A DNA stretch of 64,000 bases from Marsupella aquatica (Eukaryota; Plantae; Marchantiophyta): the NCBI GenBank assembly GCA_973895155.1, contig OZ316892.1, positions 386,917 to 450,916 on the forward strand, written 5' to 3'. The translations under genes and the position numbers were made by a program. Under the pieces are notes generated by a model that worked only from the letters and a program-made list of their open reading frames with translations, made no database searches and was not told the origin of the DNA. This document shows, one piece after another, positions 14,091 through 21,867 of this stretch (its first letter is position 1; each line of letters starts with the position of its first letter).

Positions 14091-14750
14091 TCAAATCCAA
14101 GATATGTGGCTCCTAGCAGGAGTGCCTAGTGTAGGGTCAATGTCATGGTCAGGACAGTAAAACATCCCCTTCTTGGGCTGCCCATGCGCTGAGTGATCCC
14201 AAATTGTTCGATCATGGGCAAATCCCCTCTGCTGGATAAACAGCAGGCAGTCCTTGTGCCATGCCTTAGGACACCTCATGCACTGAACCAAAAAGCCATT
14301 AGCCCCATCATTGGGCCCCTGTCCACAAGTAAGACAAATATGGAGTCCACATGATGTTGTGCCAGGAACCAAACACTGCCGACAGTAAAACCGGGCACAG
14401 AGAGAGTCTGGACATTTTCTTACCTCTTCACCAATTTTTCCAGACACATGGCACTTAAAGCAAGAATGTTTCTCATTCTTGCAATCAACACAAAGCCATT
14501 CTCCAACATGGCCATCATCGAGGGATATAGTTGGGCATAGCCATTGCTGACCCAAAGGACAGGAAACATTCTTATGGAAATGTCGGTGGCAAGGCCCATC
14601 ACAAACAATGAGATCCCCTCCCTCATCACAAATCGCACATACATGTGGACTATTCTGGTTAATCTCAATGTTTGAATATAAGGACAATTGAGGTGCTTGA
14701 GAGGATTCACCTCTACAACGATTCATGGCCTTCTGCTTATTGCGAGCCAT
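14091..14750 (-). CDS. stand-alone EDM2/NSD-type PHD-finger cluster protein (219 aa from ATG 14750), carried inside the CACTA element
   Basis: CAICDEGGDLIVCDGPCHRHFH..C; CVDCKNEKHSCFKC; CGLHICLTC; QCMRCPKAWHKDCL; FYCPDHDIDPTLGTPARSHISW. The ATG is in ACCATGG context and the frame is uninterrupted. Confidence 0.85.
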   Translation of the reverse strand: MARNKQKAMNRCRGESSQAPQLSLYSNIEINQNSPHVCAICDEGGDLIVCDGPCHRHFHKNVSCPLGQQWLCPTISLDDGHVGEWLCVDCKNEKHSCFKCHVSGKIGEEVRKCPDSLCARFYCRQCLVPGTTSCGLHICLTCGQGPNDGANGFLVQCMRCPKAWHKDCLLFIQQRGFAHDRTIWDHSAHGQPKKGMFYCPDHDIDPTLGTPARSHISWI

Positions 14751-16334
14751 GGTCTTGCACACTCAGACCCTACATCAGATTGTGAAACAAGAAGGAATAA
14801 CAGTGTGCAGCATGACACAAAAGAATGAGGGTGCAACATAAAACATGACATGTAACCACAAGGGTGCAGCATAAACCAATGCTTTATAGATGGCAAAGCA
14901 TTTAGGACTGAGCAGCGCAAATAACCTTGGCCTATGATTGGAAGCAATCACAAATATTGCAACCTGTATGCCTTCGCTTGCTGTACAGCAGTGCTCACTC
15001 ACCCTGCCTTTTTAAAATCTGTAAGGGCAACACAGAACAAATAGCAATTGAGTTTCAGCAAAGCATTCATTTGGCTCTCAAGTTTTAAAATGGACAGAGA
15101 AAACACAACAATGTGCACAACAAAGCACAGAGAGCAACAAAACTCTAGCAAACTGGGACTCAGGCAAGAGATACGAATTTTAGCAGCAAAATCAAATCAA
15201 GATTCGGACCTGTGAGTTCAACATGCAGTGCTCACTCACCCTGCCCTTTTTTTAAATCTGTAAAAATCAAGTTTTATTGTGTGCCTTCTACATCTTAAGC
15301 TGCTGCACACATTTGTTACAGAACCATAAGTTGATTTACTCTCAACAAGCTACTGGTCCACCCACTTTTTCAAAAGCTGCACCGTACTCTATCTTCGTGC
15401 ACAAATGACTATACCGGGCTGCTGTCAGAGACCCTTACGAAGAATTTAAAATTGACCAAGCTGATTTTAGTTTAGTTTCGTCCAGTTTGCAGACCAAAGG
15501 AAATCATGTGGCTGTATTCATGGAGTTGTATTCATTGCTGTGTATGGATGTTGTGTGAACATCAGACAGTTAGCTGTAAATTACCATAGTTGAAGAGCAA
15601 GGCTTGTACAAAAGCCACTAAGGAATTCTCTAAGGTGGCACAGCAGTTGGCAAACCACACACGAAACTCTGAAACTTTTTGGCGACAAAATTCTACAGAG
15701 TCGCTGTTGGAATCAAGTGAGGATTCACCATACATGCCTGCACTTCTCTTCAGTAAAAAAAAGAGAAAAGAAAAGGGCTATGATACAGAGGGATGTCAAA
15801 AGAAGAGTAAGGAAACCAATTCATTGAGGAACATAGACAGACTAAGGAAAACATCATACAATGGAAAACTAAGGACTACATTGTAATAATAAGAGATCAA
15901 GCTCACCTTGCACCACAAAGATTGTCAGATGACAACAAGACAACAAACTGAACTGAACATAGCAGACAAATCCAACAAGTAGCAATCAGAAATCAACAGC
16001 AGACAGACAGAGGACAACTCGGTCAGAACTCGGGCACTTGATTTAGTTGTGGTAAATAGCCGTTCAGGTTCTGGACAAGCAAGAGCAATACGTGAGCAGA
16101 CTCCAGAAAAATCATCTCTTGAGATTGAGGAGAAAGGCATTTCCCAGCCAGCTTACCTATGTCTTGAAAAATGTATCGGACATCGTGGACGCTGGGCCTC
16201 AGCTGCTGGCCGCAAGGGAAGATTTTGCCAAAACAAACAATAAAGCTTGAAGATAGTTAAATTTCTTAGGTCTTTCTAAATGGGGACTGAATTAGCAATT
16301 AGAACCAGTAAACCCTGATCTTGGGCAGGCAGAG

Positions 16335-16490
16335 TGTGATGCCTAGACAGGAATCACTCGGCCGGTTAAGTGGGTAAAGCAGGAAGGCACCCTAGGAACA
16401 CCTTAGTATAGGGACAAAACAAGGAAAATATAAACAATTAGGGGCAACCATGGAACCCGGGCAGAGGCCGGAGGTAAGGCTGAGGGTGAA
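16335..16490 (+). repeat. LTR A, first 156 bp only (remainder lost by deletion)
   Basis: Matches the LTR start, then a 13-bp filler and a jump into pol. Confidence 0.9.
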
Positions 16491-16503
16491 GGATTTCAAG
16501 GAA

Positions 16504-16814
16504 ATCAAGGATTTTGCCAAGCTAGCTTTACCATTAACCAATATGCTCAAGGCAGGAGCAGACTTCGAACCCACACCCGAACGAGTCACAGCGGTGGTAG
16601 AATTAAAGCAGATGTTAGTAGAGGCCCCAGTCATGATAGCACCGGACTGGAACAAAGATTTTCATGTTTTTGTAGATGTCTCGGGCTTCTGTATTGGCTC
16701 AGTACTAAGTCAGTTGGATGAGAAAGGAAGGGACCATCCCATATACTTCGCAAGCCGTCAGCTTGCCGATGCCGAACGGAACTACTCTACCACGGAAAGA
16801 GAAGCATTAGGAGT
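16504..16814 (+). pseudogene. pol: pol fragment (RT connection/RNase H N-terminus)
   Basis: IKDFAKLALPLT...FHVFVDVSGFCIGSVLSQ...NYSTTEREALGV, matching 34645-34955. Confidence 0.92.
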
Positions 16815-17310
16815 TGTGATGCCTAGACAGGAATCACTCGGCCGGTTAAGTGGGTAAAGCAGGAAGGCACCCTAGGAACACCTTAGTATAGTGACAAAAC
16901 AAGGAAAATATAAACAATTAGGGGCAACCATGGAACCCGGGCAGAGGCCGGAGGTAAGGCTGAGGGTGAAAACCCGATTAGGGTTAGGGCGCGTTAAGCG
17001 TCGGCGGCTAGGAAGGATCAACGGGAAGAAGGACCGGCAGAGGAGAGGGGTAAGGAGCGCTTGCAGGAGATGGTGGCTCATTTGCGAGCACGAACTAGGC
17101 AGACGACTACGGGAGGCCAACTACTGTCAGCTGCTTAGGCAAGCACTCGGGGAGAGAGTAGATACCGACGATCGACCTAAGGAGGGTATGAGCAACATCA
17201 ATCAAGCGGCACATTTCTGGGGATGCCTGTTCGAACGGGCAATTGAGTACATCAAGACTTACGAGGACGAGGAATCAGAAAGGGCAGCTCGAGAACGGCA
17301 GGAGCTCGCT
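16815..17310 (+). repeat. LTR B, 5' 496 bp, interrupted by insertion of LTR C
   Basis: TGTGATG start; ends with TCGCT, which recurs after LTR C. Confidence 0.92.
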
Positions 17311-17425
17311 TGTGATGCCTAGACAGGAATCACTCGGCCGGTTAAGTGGGTAAAGCAGGAAGGCACCCTAGGAACACCTTAGTATAGGGACAAAACAAGG
17401 AAAATATAAACAATTAGGGGCAACC

Positions 17426-20400
17426 ATGGAACCCGGGCAGAGGCCGGAGGTAAGGCTGAGGGTGAAAACCCGATTAGGGTTAGGGCGCGTTAAGCGTCGG
17501 CGGCTAGGAAGGATCAACGGGAAGAAGGACCGGCAGAGGGGAGGGGTAAGGAGCGCTTGCAGGAGATGGTGGCTCATTTGCGAGCACAAACTAGGCAGAC
17601 GACTACGGGAGGCCAACTACTGTCAGCTGCTTAGGCAAGCACTCGGGGAGAGAGTAGATACCGACGATCGACCTAAGGAGGGTATGAGCAACGTCAATCA
17701 AGCGGCACATTTCTGGGGATGCCTGTTCGAACGGGCAACTGAGTACATCAAGACTTACGAGGACGAGGAGTCAGAAAGGGCAGCTCGAGAACGGCAGGAG
17801 CTCGCTCGATTGTGGGAGCTGCAGAAGACGGCTTTCTTAGGAGGCGAACTCATCAAGGACGAGTTCCTGTGGACGCCTACTTCCAATCAACTCGACGATC
17901 TTCTGTTTTGCAAAGACAGCGTCGTCGGCATCCGAGAGGCCATCAAGAACTGCAACGACATACACTGGGAATTAAAGGGTAGCACGGAAAGGTGGACCCA
18001 GGCAACGGTGCTAGGAGAAACCTCCACAGCAGCAGAGATGAAGAGGAAGGGGGCCGTCAACGATGAAGCCACCCCGGCAAAAAGAACGAGGTCGGCGGCA
18101 CCAAAGAGGCCAGCCGAGCAGCAGAGCAGGAGGCAGGGAGAAGCCGAAGAGGAGGAGGTCGATCCCATCAAGGCCATTCCAACCAGGGATGACACCTGGA
18201 AGGGCTGGGCGGCAACCCTACCGGTGGAGGTGCAACTACATTTTGCACGGGAGGAGGATGCATGCTTTACGGCCATGCAGACCAAGAAGTACCAAGGCTT
18301 CATGGCCGGATCCGGCTTGGAGGCCTTTGTAAGATTACCATGGCTGAAGCCGGAGGTACCGGAGTCAGACCTATTAGAATTCGTGGGGTCATGGGAACCC
18401 GAGACCAATTGCACGAGGATATATGGGAAGGATTTCTATCTTACTCCCAAGGTAATTGCCGAAGTGTTTGGCTTGCCGATAGGCAATAAGACCAAAGTTG
18501 ATACCAGGAAGACCCTGCCTGACAAGGAGTTCCGGTCATTCCCCGGGCCATCAACGAAGAATGGCTTCTTCCGGAACACCTGCACCAACCCGCACATAGG
18601 AGAGATGATCGACTTCTTGCGGGTGACCATGCATTGTAACTTGCCGAGGGCAGAGATCGGCAAGGCACAGGTCTATCTGGCAGAAAGGCCAGACCCAAGC
18701 CGGGACTACAACGGGTACCTCCTCAACCAATTGAAGAAGATCTTAAAGGAGGAGCAGCAGGTAATCGGCATGGGGAGCGTGTCACGGCTTGGCTATCACA
18801 TGCCGCTGTTGTGCCGGTATGCCAGAGGTCAGACTTTTGCCCCGGTACTTCCCCTGCAGGTAAGGGCACCCGAGGAAGCTCCAACGCCGAGGCCGTTGGC
18901 TGAGAAGCCTCAACCACCTGTTAGTCCTACGATCGAGCAGGTGTTTAGGCCCAGGAAGGAAGACTTGCCGATGCAGCAACCAGGCATGCAGAGTCTGCTG
19001 AAACTACTGGAGAAAGAAAAGAAATCGGCATCGGCAACAACAACGGCAACGGCAACAATGCAGGACACTACTACAGAGGTAGGCCTACACCGGCTCACAA
19101 GAGAAAACCCCTTTGCTGGAGACAAGGAGAGAATCAGGCCAGAATCCAAGCCAGGTGTTCGAATGTACGTGGGAACCTCAAGCTCCGAATCTGAGGCAGA
19201 ATTGCCTGAAGCTCCTACCGACGAAGAGGAGAGGGAGAAGCCGGACGTCCAAGAGGTAGAGGAGGCAGTGGAGGACTGCAGCCATGATAATTCCGGCTAT
19301 GGGTCGGACCATCACGTTCCAGGAGTAAGGACCTGTGGCTGGTTTGTCCCCACACTTCCAAGGGTAGTGCGAGGGGACCCCAACCAGCAGAGTAGCCCTG
19401 AGTCTCCCCCACCAGATGTTGCTCCCCCGAGCTTCGACGGCATAAAACAGACGGTGCAGGAATTTCAGGAGCGAATCAAGCAGGAGGAGGAGGCCGCCCT
19501 GGCTAAGGAAAAGGATTTACCAGGAGGAGATTGGCCGGAGGACATCAGGCGGCTAGCCAAAAAAGGAAGCAAACCTCTAGCCACGATTGAAGAGATCCGC
19601 AGGACGGCTTGGGAGCAGAGGCCGCGATGGGCGATGCCGATCACTTCTACTTACTCCACCTACGCTAAGAATAGAGCCATGGAGTATGGTGAGATGTGTG
19701 GGGAACTTGCGCTCGGCATCTTTGGAGAGGAGTTGGAAGTAGGACCCTTTTTCCATAGGGAGCAGTTGGAGAAGCACCAATTAGAAGAAGCGGTGGCTTT
19801 AGAGAGAAGCAAGAAGGACGAGGTCATTCGGCGGCTTAGGAGGATGGAAGCCGAGATTGAAGATCTAAGGGCGGCCAAGAAAGCCCAAGATGAACTGCGG
19901 ATTAAACGACATAAGCTGAACATCATGCAGGGGCAGTTGGACACCGCGCAGGCTGATAATCAGAATATCAAGGATAAACTGACTCAGACGCAGGAAGAGT
20001 TGGCCGACACGATCAAAGAGAGGGAGAAGTGGAAGCAAGAGCTGAAGAATACAGAGGAGGCCCACATAACAGCCAACAGCCGGGCCATGGCGGAGACCCA
20101 AAGAAAGGAATGGGCGTTGAAAGGGGAGCTCGAGAAAATCCGCGGAGCCCTTGAGCAGAAGGAGGCCGAGTTAGGGAAATCCTATCAAGGGATTATGGCG
20201 CTGCAGCAGGAGCTTGCGTCCCTGACGGCCAGCTTCAAGGCCGACCTAAGGGAGAAGGACGAGATGCTCGAACAGACTTACGCCAAGATGAACCAGATGG
20301 AGTCTGTCATCATTGCAGAGCTCGACAAGGAGCTAAGAGCAACCCAGGAGGAGAGGGCTACCTTGAAGAAGGAATTGGAGGAAGCCCACAGGGAGCAGGA

Positions 20401-21049
20401 GGAGGCCAAAAACGAGCTGGAGGGGGCACGTAAGGACCTGGATGAAACCCAAGAGGAGTTGGAGGAAATCACGAGGAAGATGGAGAACCTACAGCGGCCG
20501 GCCGACAACCAAACAGAGCGGCTGAAGAAACAAGCCGCAGTATTTAAATGCTTAGCTGCAGCAGGTCCATCTCCCGTTGGGACAAACCAGTTACCAGGGG
20601 TGGTAATTGCCGAAGGACAAGCCGCGCCAACTGCACCAGTGCCGGAAGTAAGTGGGAAGGGGAAGGGACCAGCTGCCGAGCCACCAACGAAGAAGAAGCG
20701 GAAACCTTCAGGGTCAAGGAGTAATACGACTTCACAGGCCGTGGTGATCAAGGAGGTAGACCCAGCACCGACCCCAGACAGGGTCACGGCTAAGGATCCA
20801 ACTACCCTAGGGGAAGGGGAGGCCGAAGCCGAGGGAGTGGCTGAAGCCGAAGCCGTGGGAGTGGCTGAGGCCGAAGCCGTGGGTATTGCCGAGGCCGGTG
20901 TCGAGGCTGAACCCGAAGGTGGACCCAGTCAGGCCGATGGAGAGTTGACTCAGTCAAGGGCAGGTAATCTGTCAGAGAATGAACCTACGGCAGTGGCTGA
21001 GGAGGAAGTGTTGGGGGCGTCCATTGAGGATCCACCACCAGTGTCGTGA
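17426..21049 (+). CDS. LTR-encoded 1207-aa accessory protein (basic N-terminus, PMD/Transposase_32-like motif, acidic linker, long coiled coil, acidic tail), intact
   Basis: Open for 3.6 kb from an ACCATGG start at LTR position 116; LLEFVGSWEPETN..YGKDFYLTPKVIAEVFGLPIG; heptad-rich E/K/Q/L region ~19760-20545. Confidence 0.88.
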   Translation: MEPGQRPEVRLRVKTRLGLGRVKRRRLGRINGKKDRQRGGVRSACRRWWLICEHKLGRRLREANYCQLLRQALGERVDTDDRPKEGMSNVNQAAHFWGCLFERATEYIKTYEDEESERAARERQELARLWELQKTAFLGGELIKDEFLWTPTSNQLDDLLFCKDSVVGIREAIKNCNDIHWELKGSTERWTQATVLGETSTAAEMKRKGAVNDEATPAKRTRSAAPKRPAEQQSRRQGEAEEEEVDPIKAIPTRDDTWKGWAATLPVEVQLHFAREEDACFTAMQTKKYQGFMAGSGLEAFVRLPWLKPEVPESDLLEFVGSWEPETNCTRIYGKDFYLTPKVIAEVFGLPIGNKTKVDTRKTLPDKEFRSFPGPSTKNGFFRNTCTNPHIGEMIDFLRVTMHCNLPRAEIGKAQVYLAERPDPSRDYNGYLLNQLKKILKEEQQVIGMGSVSRLGYHMPLLCRYARGQTFAPVLPLQVRAPEEAPTPRPLAEKPQPPVSPTIEQVFRPRKEDLPMQQPGMQSLLKLLEKEKKSASATTTATATMQDTTTEVGLHRLTRENPFAGDKERIRPESKPGVRMYVGTSSSESEAELPEAPTDEEEREKPDVQEVEEAVEDCSHDNSGYGSDHHVPGVRTCGWFVPTLPRVVRGDPNQQSSPESPPPDVAPPSFDGIKQTVQEFQERIKQEEEAALAKEKDLPGGDWPEDIRRLAKKGSKPLATIEEIRRTAWEQRPRWAMPITSTYSTYAKNRAMEYGEMCGELALGIFGEELEVGPFFHREQLEKHQLEEAVALERSKKDEVIRRLRRMEAEIEDLRAAKKAQDELRIKRHKLNIMQGQLDTAQADNQNIKDKLTQTQEELADTIKEREKWKQELKNTEEAHITANSRAMAETQRKEWALKGELEKIRGALEQKEAELGKSYQGIMALQQELASLTASFKADLREKDEMLEQTYAKMNQMESVIIAELDKELRATQEERATLKKELEEAHREQEEAKNELEGARKDLDETQEELEEITRKMENLQRPADNQTERLKKQAAVFKCLAAAGPSPVGTNQLPGVVIAEGQAAPTAPVPEVSGKGKGPAAEPPTKKKRKPSGSRSNTTSQAVVIKEVDPAPTPDRVTAKDPTTLGEGEAEAEGVAEAEAVGVAEAEAVGIAEAGVEAEPEGGPSQADGELTQSRAGNLSENEPTAVAEEEVLGASIEDPPPVS

Positions 21050-21764
21050 CGGTGCAAGGGCGCCGTTCCTTTTAGGGAGGGCGGACGTGGAGGGAGGAGG
21101 CGTGAGTGGGCAGGGCGGGCGCGGATCTCCATGTTTAGGATTAGGATCAGAACCAGGAGCGGCCCTGACACTTAGCTTAGTGGGATTGCGGTCCCACTGG
21201 TAGGAGCAACACTTGTGCTCCTGCCTTGCTGTACATAGGTAGATTCGGGCAAGTAGATTACTGTTAAGTAGATTAGGCTTACGATGCAAAGAATGGCGGA
21301 TCCACTACCAGGATAAGTACCTGGGCAGCGGGGAGCTCAGGGCCTCTTCTTTAGCAAGTTTTTAGTTTGCACCAGCCGGGCTGGGATCAAGTAGTACGAG
21401 AAGCTCTCGGTTAGTCATACAGTGACCCTTGTGTATATTCATGTTTCCTCATGCCTAAGAGCTGAATAGAGTTGGCCTCACGGCTTAGTTCGTAGAACTT
21501 GTGTATGAGATGTACTGTTTGTATGGCAAGTGCATGGTATGACTCAGTCAGAATGAGTCATTTTGCTATTTGTGTGTCGCATTAACTTGTGTGAAGAGTG
21601 CCCACATCAACAGAAGGAAGGAAAGTAAGCAGGGGAGTGAGAGTTGGATGTGTCGAGCTGAGAGAGGTCTTAGCGGCTTAACCAAGCCTATTGGGGATCA
21701 TTCCGGCGGCGGAATCCAAACATACCTAACAAAACGGAGGGGAAGACAGGGGAAGATAGGGGAA

Positions 21765-21779
21765 GGCCTATATTAGGCC
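21765..21779 (+). promoter_or_regulatory. candidate LTR TATA box (TATATTA) within the palindrome GGCCTA-TAT-TAGGCC; present in every LTR 3' part
   Basis: TATA-like motif ~200 bp from the LTR end; the position is inferred, not mapped. Confidence 0.4.
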
Positions 21780-21867
21780 GGCTACGTATCTCATGACCTG
21801 ATGAAGGATCTGTCCAGTATATGTGTGTAAAATGTTAATAGTAGTAGTAGAAGGTTAGCAGCGTCCC

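Larger units (their letters stand above)
4987..16334 (-). mobile_element. CACTA/EnSpm DNA transposon, left arm; interrupted at 16334 by the Gypsy array and probably continuing after 58155
   Basis: CACTAGTAGAAAAC terminus at 4987, subterminal AATGAC/GTCAT repeats, minus-strand TnpD and TnpA-like genes; the second TIR was not found in the window. Confidence 0.9.

Noticed and set aside
17474-17486. TTAGGGTTAGGG and scattered TTTAGGG in the LTR as telomeric sequence
   Set aside because: At most two units, and here they encode RLGLG within the ORF; no telomere array
17426-21049. LTR ORF as a retroviral env gene
   Set aside because: No signal peptide or hydrophobic transmembrane stretch; highly charged with NLS-like motifs
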